NCBI GenBank assembly: GCA_017940565.1
Contig: JAGAYH010000021.1
Span: 8,363 to 72,362, forward strand
Source: Bacteroidaceae bacterium
GTDB lineage: Bacteria > Bacteroidota > Bacteroidia > Bacteroidales > Bacteroidaceae
DNA: 64,000 nt
Direction: 5' to 3'
Shown: piece after piece, positions 8,511 through 19,400 of the stretch
Layout of the letters: each line of letters opens with the position of its first letter
Position numbering within the stretch: position 1 is the stretch's first letter
The notes under the pieces: model-generated
The model's database searches: none
What the model was told of the DNA's origin: nothing
Seen by the model: the letters and a program-made list of their open reading frames with translations, nothing else
Made by a program: the position numbers and the translations under genes

Positions 8511-10634
8511 ATGAACACCGACGAGCTTGAAATTATCCTCGCTGAAAATCAGAAACGACTGGACGTCCTGCAACGCAAATACAATCCAGTTACAGGACAA
8601 GACGCTCCCGGTATGCGCTTCGAGACGTTTATTGCTGATTTCCTCGGAGGAGAAAAATTGTTCTTGCCGGTGGAGATGCTCATGGAACCGTTCATCGTGG
8701 CTCTCCTCAACTGCGGGTCGTTTCAACAGTACATCCATAGATTCCTGCCTAAGGACGGCGACTACAACACACAACGTGAAGCGGTCCTGCGCAATTTCAT
8801 ACGCCTACGCTGCAAATACGATTTCTATTTCTTTGCATACGCCTACGCACGCATCAAGAACAAGGACGGCGGACCGGATATTCCTTTCTACCTCCGACCG
8901 GCGCAAGTCAAACTGGTGAAGGTGTTTGAACGCTTGCGTAAAAAAGACCTGGCTATTCTCGTCATCCTGCTGAAGTGCCGGCAGTGGGGCGGCTCAACCG
9001 CGACGGATATCTATATGGGATGGATTCAACTGTTCTGGAAAACCAACTGGAACAGCAACATCGTCGGCCACATGTCCACCTCGGCGGCCAACGTCTTCGC
9101 CATGTACGAAAAACTGATTGACAACATTCCAATCTGGTTGTTCTACGACCTTGGAGAAGAATATCCCACCGACATCAAGAAGTTTGCCGGCGTCGGCACA
9201 ACACAGAACATCAAGGAGATGGTACCGCGTCACTGCAAGATTCAGACGGGGTCGGCACGCAACCCGGAGTCCACGCGCTCGGCTGACGCGGCAATGGTAC
9301 ATCTCACCGAAGAGGCGTTTTTCCCTTCGACAACACAGTGGACACCGCAACAAGTAGTCAATGCTGCCATCTCCTCTGTCAACGTGGAAACACCACTGAC
9401 GTTCATCGTCCGCGAATCAACGCCGAACGGAAAGAATGAATTTTATGACGAATGGCAAAAGACCAAACAGCAGGACGACGAAACGGGCGAACCGCTGTCG
9501 GCTTACACCGCCGTCTTCGTGGCCTGGTTTGAAATCGAGAAGTATCTGTCGCCAATGACGGAGGAGGAACGGGCAAACTTTGCTATCGAACTCTACCGCC
9601 GACGTAACGACACAAAAAACCATGGGGACTATTTCTGGTGGCTTTGGAAGAAGGGAGCAACACTCGAGGGCATAAAGTGGTACAAAAATAAGCTCAAATC
9701 CATGTCGTCGCTGGAGAACATGCAGCAAGAATATCCTTCCGACGACATCGAGGCATTCCGCTTCGGCGGAAACATCGTATTCGACGCCTACCAACTTGAA
9801 GAACTGGTCAAGGACTGCGCTATTCCGGAGTTTATCGGTGACATCGAGGGCGATTCTGTGCTGCCGGAAAACAAAACCTGCATGAACAATATACGCCTCG
9901 TAGCTAAAGCGGGCGGTCCTCTCTCTATCTGGGAATACCCCGATACTTCAGAAAAAGTCAACAACCGCTACCTCGTGGCGGTGGATATCGGAGGCGCACG
10001 ACAAACGTCCGACTACCACGATATTGTCGTCATTGACCGGTACGACCTCATGTTCGGAGGCGTGCCTGCCATTGTCGCAGAATGGCACGGGCACGCACCG
10101 GCTGACCAACTGGCCATGCGCTGCGCACAAATTGCGGCGTTCTATAACAACGCTTTCCTCGCCGTCGAAAATAATACGGCTTACTCAAAAATGAACAAAA
10201 CGGAAGGCGAAATATCCGAACTCTTCTTTCCTATCCTTGTTGAACTGTACACCAATCTCTATAGCGGCAACCAATCTAAAACACTGAAACGCCGCCAAAA
10301 AGAAACGAAATGGGGCTTCCATACGGGCAGAAACAATAAACCGGCCATTATCCAAAATTATCAGCATATACTGAGGGAACACGGTTACATCGAAAGGGAA
10401 GTGGAAGCTACCATCGAGATGTCCTACTATATCTTCTATCCGGAAAAGGGAGAATACGGCGGGGCTCCCGGCTACCACGACGATCGCGTCATGGCACGGG
10501 CCATTGGTCTCTGGATTTCTACCTTCGACATGGACGCACCGTCTATCGTAACACAGAAGTCACCGGAACAACTGAGACAAGAGGAAGTCAGCAAACTCTC
10601 CTCGTCAACATCACCCGTCATCGGCAATCTATAA
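8511..10634 (+). CDS. terL: terminase large subunit
   Basis: CRQWGGST is a Walker-A-like motif, followed by VHLTEEAFF and RESTPNGKNEFY (the STPxGxNxFY coupling motif). The nuclease half has VAVDIGG...SDYHDIVVIDR and GYHDDRVMARAI. The start was moved from 8385 to the ATG at 8511, just after the stop of the upstream gene. Confidence 0.85.
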   Translation: MNTDELEIILAENQKRLDVLQRKYNPVTGQDAPGMRFETFIADFLGGEKLFLPVEMLMEPFIVALLNCGSFQQYIHRFLPKDGDYNTQREAVLRNFIRLRCKYDFYFFAYAYARIKNKDGGPDIPFYLRPAQVKLVKVFERLRKKDLAILVILLKCRQWGGSTATDIYMGWIQLFWKTNWNSNIVGHMSTSAANVFAMYEKLIDNIPIWLFYDLGEEYPTDIKKFAGVGTTQNIKEMVPRHCKIQTGSARNPESTRSADAAMVHLTEEAFFPSTTQWTPQQVVNAAISSVNVETPLTFIVRESTPNGKNEFYDEWQKTKQQDDETGEPLSAYTAVFVAWFEIEKYLSPMTEEERANFAIELYRRRNDTKNHGDYFWWLWKKGATLEGIKWYKNKLKSMSSLENMQQEYPSDDIEAFRFGGNIVFDAYQLEELVKDCAIPEFIGDIEGDSVLPENKTCMNNIRLVAKAGGPLSIWEYPDTSEKVNNRYLVAVDIGGARQTSDYHDIVVIDRYDLMFGGVPAIVAEWHGHAPADQLAMRCAQIAAFYNNAFLAVENNTAYSKMNKTEGEISELFFPILVELYTNLYSGNQSKTLKRRQKETKWGFHTGRNNKPAIIQNYQHILREHGYIEREVEATIEMSYYIFYPEKGEYGGAPGYHDDRVMARAIGLWISTFDMDAPSIVTQKSPEQLRQEEVSKLSSSTSPVIGNL

Positions 10635-10669
10635 CTTTTATCATACTAACTACCCCATCATCCCCTATT

Positions 10670-11140
10670 ATGAAACCAACAATCAAAAACAATCTCACAA
10701 ACCTGTTCATCAAAGTCTATGAACCTGTCATCATCCGAGTAGAAAAATTCCGCGCAACACAGGCATGGAGACGCGGCGTCAAAGAGTGCGAGCGACGTGC
10801 CAAAGAAATCAACGGACCACGTTTCTATATGTGGTACGACCGGCCCACACGCCAGTTCGTCCCGCTGGTGTACGACCGGCGACCCAAAGGAGACGCGACA
10901 TCCATGCGCGGTCTGCAAATCATGGGGAAAATCAAAGCCAAACGCTCCATGAAGGTGGAGGACATGAAACGGGAATCTTTTTACTACACAGCTTCCAAAC
11001 ACGGGGCCCACGGTTGTGCCGGCAACAATCCGCTACGCACGCAAAAACTACAAGAATGGCTCGACTATTATCTGACATATATCTCCGAGCCAATCATTAA
11101 ACTCCGACGATACAAAGCCCAAAAGACTGAACAAGAATAA
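10670..11140 (+). CDS. hypothetical phage protein
   Basis: 156-aa basic ORF following TerL. No motif recognised. Confidence 0.5.
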   Translation: MKPTIKNNLTNLFIKVYEPVIIRVEKFRATQAWRRGVKECERRAKEINGPRFYMWYDRPTRQFVPLVYDRRPKGDATSMRGLQIMGKIKAKRSMKVEDMKRESFYYTASKHGAHGCAGNNPLRTQKLQEWLDYYLTYISEPIIKLRRYKAQKTEQE

Positions 11141-11143
11141 CAC

Positions 11144-11171
11144 GAAGGTGGCCGAACATCCGACCACCTTC
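11144..11171. terminator. hairpin between convergent genes (possible bidirectional terminator)
   Basis: GAAGGTGG (11144-11151) pairs with CCACCTTC (11164-11171) around a 12-nt loop. It lies between the plus-strand block and the portal gene. The T-tracts are weak. Confidence 0.4.
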
Positions 11172-11197
11172 TATTGTCATACCGTTAAATACATTAC

Positions 11198-13267
11198 CTA
11201 CACCTGCGCCCCAACAACGCCTTTGGTGTCTCCGGGCGACATCGGCGTCACAACCGCTGGTTCACTCCCATTACCTCCGTTAGAACCGGGCGACGGCTGA
11301 CTTCCGTTGGCGGCGTTCTGACCACTGGCTGCGACACCGGCCTGAGCCTCGGCCATGCGCTGCTGCAACTCCAAATAGGCTTTCTTCAGACGGGCGGTGT
11401 TCGTCCAAGCGCCACAGTCAAGCATCGTTATCAAATCGATTTTGTTCTGCAACATCAGCTGCCACAACATGTCGTTATTGGCTTCGCGCATGACGGCACT
11501 GTTGACATCCATTTCCAAGGACACCTCTACGCCGATATCTGACATCGTGTCACGATTGAAATAACGTCGCACATCTTCACCGGTCAACTGCACACTACGA
11601 TGGCTGTCATAAAATTCCTGTATCAGCCACAGCTGCTTCATGGCTATCTGCTTACGGAAACTGTAGAACACACCGAAGTAGTCGGCCACCGTGGTACTGG
11701 CACTCTGCTTCTCTATCTGATATTGACGGCCGCTGGTACTGCGGTGGACGCCTTGCAACGCTCCCTGAACACCGCTCTGCGTGACGACAAGACCTTGATT
11801 CTGCTGTATCATCCACTCCAGACCGCTGGGCACTTGACCTGTTGCCAGGGGCTTCGGCGCATCGCCGCCTTTGCGGCTGTCGTAAATCACAACACCATTG
11901 GGCTTCGTGCTCTGATAGACCATCTCTTCTATCGTCTGATACTCGCTCAACGAAGCCGCATCATAAGCCATGCCTTTCAACGAGTGACCTAAGATGGAGT
12001 CTAACATCAACATGTAATGGTTGGTGGCGTTCTGCTTGTCCTCGGTGCGGTCAATGAAGCTCCGCGTTTCCTTGCCCGGGTAGGCTCGGAATACATACGG
12101 ATGGATATAGAAACCGTAGCCGTTACGCATCACACGATAAGGCGATACGCCTTCTTTCAGAAGATAACCGTTGGGACTCAAAAAACGGTAATACCAGAAC
12201 TGCTCGATACGTTCCTGGTAATCGATTAGCTGCACCTCCCCCGGAGCTATATAGTATTGCTGCTGACCGGCGGCATCAAGCACGGGCACACCGGCTTCGT
12301 CTTTGATAATGTTGTCGGCTAAACGGCGGGCGTTCTCGGCATCTATCAGAGGTTTGTCGCTCAACGGACGGAAACCGGGCTCACCCGTGGCACGGTCGTG
12401 GCACCACAGCGCACGGTTGCGTTCCAATTTCCATATCTCAATGACACGGTACTTGCCGACAACCGTACTGTGATAGAAGTCGTCACTGTCACGCGAGGCA
12501 TCCATGCCAGTGTCGTGGTGAGACTGCTCGTGGTCGCTCTGGCGGGCGTAGATGTCTTTCAACGCTTCCTCGGCACGGCGGCTGGCGTTGCCGTCCTCGT
12601 CATAACAGAATGATTCCAACAGGTCGGGCCAACTCATATCATGCGCCTCGGCAATGAAACGGATATCGCTCAGGTTACTCTTCTCCCAGGCGGGAACGGC
12701 CAGCTTGTAGATGTCGGGCATGTCCACATACACATCCTCATGGCCGTCTCTATAGGTATAGCTGACCTTGGCACACAGAAACGCGTACTTACAGAAGTTC
12801 TCAAACAATTCGGCACTCTGCTCCGCCATGTCGTTCAACTGGTCGTTCTTGCGTAGAAACTCGCTGAACAGCGCAACATACATGTCCTCGTTGGCATCCG
12901 TGGCCTTGCACGTCGGAGCCATGTCTTCCTGACGCAAAAGACCTTTCAGCGTCATGACCTTGTCACTGATAATGTCGTTCTGGAACTCGGGCAGACCGCG
13001 CAACTTCAAAACATCGGCCACACGCATCTCACGACCCTGCCAAGTCACTTTGTCGTTCAGTTGACGACCCATGAAGAAGTCATTGGCACGCGTCCACTTC
13101 TTGCGAAGTGAAGACATCTGATCATAGTAATGTGCCGCTTCACGCAACAGCCGGCGATAGTAACCGTCATTGCTGAACACCACATGTTCCTGGTACTGCA
13201 AGGAGTCCATGCCCTCCTCATAAGCTCCGGCGACACTGTTCTCTAATCCGTTGTTCTCGTATATCAT
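11198..13267 (-). CDS. putative portal protein
   Basis: 689 aa, a typical portal size, lying between TerL and the giant internal-protein gene. It has a low-complexity Gly/Ser/Ala/Gln C-terminal tail. The call is positional. Confidence 0.5.
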   Translation of the reverse strand: MIYENNGLENSVAGAYEEGMDSLQYQEHVVFSNDGYYRRLLREAAHYYDQMSSLRKKWTRANDFFMGRQLNDKVTWQGREMRVADVLKLRGLPEFQNDIISDKVMTLKGLLRQEDMAPTCKATDANEDMYVALFSEFLRKNDQLNDMAEQSAELFENFCKYAFLCAKVSYTYRDGHEDVYVDMPDIYKLAVPAWEKSNLSDIRFIAEAHDMSWPDLLESFCYDEDGNASRRAEEALKDIYARQSDHEQSHHDTGMDASRDSDDFYHSTVVGKYRVIEIWKLERNRALWCHDRATGEPGFRPLSDKPLIDAENARRLADNIIKDEAGVPVLDAAGQQQYYIAPGEVQLIDYQERIEQFWYYRFLSPNGYLLKEGVSPYRVMRNGYGFYIHPYVFRAYPGKETRSFIDRTEDKQNATNHYMLMLDSILGHSLKGMAYDAASLSEYQTIEEMVYQSTKPNGVVIYDSRKGGDAPKPLATGQVPSGLEWMIQQNQGLVVTQSGVQGALQGVHRSTSGRQYQIEKQSASTTVADYFGVFYSFRKQIAMKQLWLIQEFYDSHRSVQLTGEDVRRYFNRDTMSDIGVEVSLEMDVNSAVMREANNDMLWQLMLQNKIDLITMLDCGAWTNTARLKKAYLELQQRMAEAQAGVAASGQNAANGSQPSPGSNGGNGSEPAVVTPMSPGDTKGVVGAQV

Positions 13268-13298
13268 GTCTCAACTATGAATTATTCTCACCTTCCGC

Positions 13299-13306
13299 CA
13301 AAATTA
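13299..13306 (-). promoter_or_regulatory. -7 box TAATTTTG for the portal gene
   Basis: Exact TAnnTTTG match 31 nt upstream of the ATG at 13267. ATTGTA lies exactly 32 nt further upstream. Confidence 0.5.
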
Positions 13307-13326
13307 AAACCTCTGTCTCACCTCTT

Positions 13327-13382
13327 TCGGATAAATTGTACAATCTATCACGCGCCACCGCGGCTGCTTCAATTACCTTTGC
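13327..13382. repeat. 56-bp regulatory module, copy 1
   Basis: 53 of 56 positions are identical to 32057-32112, and the first 36 bp are perfect. It contains the 10-bp palindrome ATTGTACAAT (13335-13344) and a plus-strand TACCTTTG -7 box (13374-13381). Confidence 0.85.
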
Positions 13383-13425
13383 ACCGTAATTTTTTCATAG
13401 TTATAAAAATTTTCTTGATTGTTAA

Positions 13426-13463
13426 AGCGGAGCTGTCGTGATGACAACTCCGCTTCTCTTTTG
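13426..13463. terminator. hairpin terminator between the giant gene and the portal promoter
   Basis: AGCGGAGcTGTC - gtgat - GACAaCTCCGCT, followed on the plus strand by TCTCTTTTG. It lies 28 nt downstream of the giant ORF stop on the minus strand. The T-tract is better on the plus strand. Confidence 0.55.
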
Positions 13464-13490
13464 TGTATTACTCAACCACAGCAACGCACA

Positions 13491-16400
13491 TTACTGCCCA
13501 GTCAGCCCAATCTCCAACGAATCTATCCGTGCCATCGTCTCCTGACGCATCTTCCGAATCTGCGCCATCGTCTCAGCGTCGTCATTACCGATTGTACCAA
13601 GTTTCTTCTTTAACGCTTTTATCCCGACAACACCATACTCTTTACTACCATTGTTCATTCGGTTAATGAGTCCTCTCGCAACCAGCCAATCACGATTGGC
13701 TTCATTCCACGCCGCCTTTTCTTTACCGCTCAGCGTAGGGTCTGTAGCAACTTCTTCCTGCTTAACATAAACCTCTGTAGTTTTCTTATATAGTTTACTG
13801 ATTCGATAATCATCACGCACGTCATCAAAGGTGCTGTACATAAGATAGCGCTCGTTGTCCTCCGCGGTCTGACGCACATCCTCGCCCTTGATGAAGGCCT
13901 CGGCTTGTTTGCGGGCTTCGGCCAGTGTAAACGCTTTATATTCACTTTCGGCAAGATATTTTATAATTTTGTTTTTAGCCGTAGCTTTATCTTTTGCCAA
14001 CCGGGCATTGTCAAACGCCTCTTTAGCTGACGCCAAATCAACTACACCGTCAGAAAACGCTTCACGTTCTTTTTTGGTAAACGAACTTTTTACGCTCTTC
14101 AAAACATCTTCGGCGTCAATACCGTTCAGAACACAGGCTTTATAGGCTTTTTCTACCGCATCCATATCGCCTCTCTCAATAGCGGCGGTAAAGTCACGCT
14201 TGGCCTTCCAAATACTATATCCCTTGGAGCTTGGCATAGCCAAATCCAAGAAATGAAAATCTTGCTTCGCCTCTGTAGAGTTTGATATAAACAGACCTGA
14301 CACGTCAACCGCAGAATAAGGCATGAAACGGTTGACGGTAAGATAAGCAAGAGCCATCCAAGCACCGTGACGTTTCTTTATCTCCTGCGCAGTGCGGTCG
14401 TTGCCGTTAAAACCTCTAACACCAAGAGAACCTAAAAAGTCAATACTAAAATTCGTACCTGCAGAACCTTTAGTTAAGGCACGGTTAAGCAGCGGACGTG
14501 GGAATCCCCAGCCTTCAGCATCCTCAAACAGTTCCGGAAACTCTCTGAACTGCTTACCCCAGCGCAGATAGCGCTCACGACCATCAGAATAGCGGCCAAG
14601 AAACAACAATGATTGTTTGCCAGGTGCATTACCTAACATGGTGTAGTCATACCATTTCATGCCGTTCGGATAGGCCAATTCATACGGCGACTTATAGTCG
14701 GGATTCGTTTTACGTTCTTCTTCGGCTTTCTTCTTTTCTTTATCTTCATCTATCATGCGCTCTATTATGTTAGCCGCGTTCATTGCCAATAGTATCATCA
14801 AAACGCCTATTGCATAACATTTAACCGCTGTCATGGAGCGCAAACGCTTAAACTCGTCGGTTTTGAAGAATCCCTCAGAGTATAATGTGCCTATACCAAA
14901 GTTGGCCAAGAAATGGCGCATTGTAGAGAAAGTCCAGTCTGGGCTCAATATGCCACGACGAAGCCACTTCAAGGTTTTAGGGCTGATGCCTAATAATTCC
15001 CAATACTGACCACCGAACGTGTCATTGACAAGCTGACCATACTCGTCCAACATACGGTCGCGCATCTGGTCTCTTGTTAAGCCGTTTACCGTGGCATTAT
15101 CTGTCTTGTACAACTTGTCCAGACGTTTATCCGTTTGTTCGACAAAACGATTGAAAAGACTCAACTTCAAACCGTCATGCAACTGACGCCACAACAAATC
15201 ATCCCATTCCTTACCGACAGCACCCAACATCTTTCGTAGGGCGTCAACGCTGGTTATAACCTTATTCGGATGTTTCTGCGAATAGACGTACAGAGCACGG
15301 CTTATTTTATTGCTAATGGCTGTAGTGTCGGCGGCAGCAAAGTCCGAAGTGGCACCTAACTGCACCAAATGTCTGGCGGCCAACTTGAAATCTTCGGGAT
15401 GAGCAAATGCTGGAGATTCACCACGCAACAATGGGTCTACTACATATTTCATAAAGCCCTTGTTGGCAGAAGCCTTCACGCCAGCGCGGTAGGTATCAAA
15501 AAAGATATATTTGAACAAGGCCTTTGCAAGCCCAAATGGACCTCTCTGTGCCAACATGACTTCATTCAACGCCAAGTGATGAAATAATGAAACTGACAAA
15601 TTCATTCGCTTGGCAAATCGGTTAATAATATCATATATACGGCCAATTTCATGAGCCACATCTCCCACATCACTGCGTAAAACGCCAAAGGCAGCCCGGA
15701 AATACGGCACCGCAGCCCGATGAACATAAACCGTACCAAGCCCAGGGATTCTATAGCCTGGGTTGTGATAATACTCTTCATCAATGGGGCGAACATGGGT
15801 TGTGATAATAGGTATACGAGCCACTACCTCACCAGAGCTGTTCTTCTCTACAACCGTAACGGACGACATATCTTCCAACATAGCCTTGTTAGCCAAGGCT
15901 TCGTTGTTTTGGCGGCTATAATGAGCCATAATATCAAGCAACGATTTATATTTTGGCACCAATCCGAGAGCCTCACCATTCAAATAAGTATCTACACTGC
16001 GGAGGTGCATATTAGGGCTTTGCGTGCGCTGCCGGTTCTCCGGTAAAGGACCTTTCAAATATGCAGACAGTTTCTTTGGTGTGGATAGTGCCTCCAGAAC
16101 TTGTGGGTCACTCTTACCGGCATCCCACACATGATTGATGTACCCTTCGGCAATATAACCGGCATCACGGCGAAGGCCTGCAGCATCCAACATATGATAC
16201 ATGCGGTCGTACCATTCTTTGATGTCCGACAACAGCTGTTTCACCTCGGCACTGTCCATCAACGCACGCATCGCGGGAGACATATCGGGCAATGTCCGGG
16301 CGGTAATCAGGTCATAAACAGCCAATACGTCTCCGGACGTGATATACCCTCTGTCACTATTATTGCTATTGGCGCTATCGGTTCTATCCTCACCGTTCAA

Positions 16401-19400
16401 AACCTTGGCAACTTCCCTGGCGGCGTCAATCACCTCCGGCGTGGCGGCGGCCTCATCCGGATTGTAATTCAAGTCGCGCAACTTGGCAATGGCAGCCTCG
16501 GCACGCAATAGATCAGCCGGCGTGACTCGTAACCGATTTAGAGCAAAGGTAAGAGTAGCATTTAACTGTCTGGCTATGATTTGGCGGGCACGCGGAGCCT
16601 CCATCATATAAGGCAAAGTCTCCAATACTTTCTTAACCGTTATGTTGGCACCTGCTTCTCGTGCAGATTTAACCAGTGCTTTTACACGGTTCTCTATACC
16701 GTGAATAAACAAAGTGTCTTCTGCATTAGAGCCTTCTAATTGTTTACGTCTGGCGATGACCGAGAACTTCATTTCAAGGTTAGCGCGGCTTTCTTCTATA
16801 TCCAAACCGACATTTAGGCCGATTGCTTCGGCTTCCAAAATTTCGGCTTCGGCTTTCGTCATACCATCCATAGCGCCATTGACAGCAGCTTCTACATCAT
16901 ACTCATACAACTGCTGCCACGAGCGCCCGCGGTCGGCCTTATCTCGCTCTGTTCGCCACGCCCGATAGGCGTCACGCCAACGGGCTGTCAGTTCTTCATC
17001 AAAAGACTCTGGTTCTAAAGGACGGGGATGCTTATCCAAAAAGTCACGCATCTGGTTCCATCCACGCAAGCGCATGACATAAGCCATTTGCGATTCATTC
17101 TTCTTACGCTTTGGTTGGTGGCGCAGACTCGGTGCCTTTTCATAACGGATGCCATCCTCTCCGACAAAAGTACCTTCATTCGCTTCATTTTCGGAACTAT
17201 TGGAACTATCAGTGCCATTGTCACTACTTCCACCTTCCCCTGCCAACTGATAACGGGGTACACCGTCAGAAGACGAGGTTAATCGATTATTACGTTGTCC
17301 TTGAAGTATTTTACCATCTTCTTGACTACCTCTGGACGTATCTTCTTCTGTTCTTCTTGCGCCTTCTCCTCTTGCGGCTGTTTCTTCTCCTCTGTCATAA
17401 CCTAAACTATGTTCTATTGATTCAATTCTTGATTTATCACCACTGTCCTGAAGCAGGTTGGTTACCTCGTCAACAGAACCGTGAGCCATGGCGCGACCCA
17501 GCCACGTGACGAAAAACTCTTCTTTCCACTTCTCCGGCGTGTCGCGGTATTTCTTCTCAATATACGACTTGGAAACCTCACCGCCTTCGTCAGGAGCCAA
17601 ATCCCAAAATGCTTCGGCAATACGCCGCGGAGCGGGACTTGCGCCGTACCAGCTGCGCAAGATAGCGTGAATATTCTCGTGGAAGAACGTTTCCTCTTCC
17701 CTGTCTGACGGGATGCGCTCTGCAAAGATAATGATTTTGTCACTCGGCGGGAAATAAAAGGCATAACTTTTCTCAGTAAATTGCTTTATTTCCTCAACAA
17801 AAGCAATCTTTTCTTCTTGGGTTGGCATGTCGCCTTCAAATATTTCTTCCGGAATGTCCAGCAAATCAAACACCTCTAACCCGTCCATTTTGTCGTTCAG
17901 GAAAACAAGCTGCTTGGAGTTGTATTTATCGGCCATGCGTCGTATGCGCTGCTCGGCCAATTCTCCCGTCCGCGGATAAAACCCGTGTACCAGGTCGGCC
18001 ATCATCGCGTCGGCAAAGTCCTCGGCCTTCATCGTCTTCAGACGGGCGTTGTTCCCGGCGAAGAGGTCGCGGGCCATCGTCCAGAAGCGTTTCAAGGCAC
18101 GGCGCAAGCGGTAGAACATCCGGGCCACACGGGCCTTGCCCATCAGGTCGGGCTCTTCGTTCATCATACGGCGGCGTTCCTCTTCCATGCGCTCCCGTCC
18201 ACGGCGGCCGCTGAAATGCGTGAACACTTCTTCCCACAATTCGTCTCCTTCCAAGTCGGGATAACGCCCTTTCACGTAGTTCACCAGGTCGGCGTCCTGT
18301 TCCAGTTCGCCTTTCAGGTGTTCCCATGCTTCGGGATTGGCCTCGGCAAGGGCTTCCACCCACAGGTGACCGTACTCGTGTATCGGCGTCTCGGCCGTGG
18401 CAATGCGCGGGTCAAGGTAGATTTTGCCGTTAAGCGTAAAACCGTAAGCCTGTCCGTCCGGCGTGCGGAAGAACATCGGTTGCCCCTGCATGACGTCACG
18501 CTTCATCTCCGGAGTGACGTCAACGCTCCACATCTTTTGGGCGGCTTCTTCGAGTACCGGCAACGCCACTTCGCCCACTTTGGCACCCCATTTCTTGACG
18601 TACTTGTTCACGAAACTGGGCAGCATCCGGTCGTAAAAGCCCTTCATGCCTTCGCCACCGATGCGGAGATTGTCACCTTCCCAAGTTTTCATATTTTCCG
18701 TACCTTTGCCTTGTACAGACAGAGCACCTGCGGCTATTTCCTTGCCGACAATCTCACTGATATTCTTTACACCTGACAGGTATTGTTGACCTACACGGTT
18801 TGTCTCGGTAATATTACCTTCATCGTCAAAACCAATATCCATCGTTGGGCCGCCTTGCAGATGAATAAGCAAAGCGCGTTTCCCTTCCTGGTCTATTGCG
18901 GCATCAATACGCCTTACAGACTGGCCGATATTGTATCGCTCCGCCTGTTGCTCGCCCGGGGTCCATGCCACTTTGTCGTAACCGTTCTCGGCGGCATAAC
19001 GCAACATACGCTTCATGGCCAGTTCGTGCCAGTTCTTCTCAAACGGGGCATCGGGAATATCTGAAATGCCGTGATTCTGGAAGCGCTCGCTGGCAGCGTA
19101 CACTTCCTGTTCCAAACGGTCGGCTTCTGTGCGTTCGGCGTCTGTCATGTCGGCATAGATGTCTTCGTAAGCACCGTTATACTTCTCACCCATCCTGCGG
19201 GTGTAAGCATCGTAGGCTTCCTGGGCTTTATTTACGGCATCGCCCAATCTTTCTTCTTCGGCAACGGCTTCGGTTGTCCTATACCCCTTCTCCCGGCCTT
19301 CCTGATGACGTTTGCTCTGTATCTCGTCGATAACCAACACACGGACGTCTCTCTTGACCACGGTTTTTTCGCCTGTTATAGGATGGTTGATTTCTACGGG

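Noticed and set aside
17822-18776. Arg/Pro/Gly-rich ORFs on both strands inside the giant gene (for example 17926-18363 and 17985-18776)
   Set aside because: These are off-frame or antisense artefacts within a region where the minus-strand frame carries clear motifs (HEYGH, GGEGMKGFYD).
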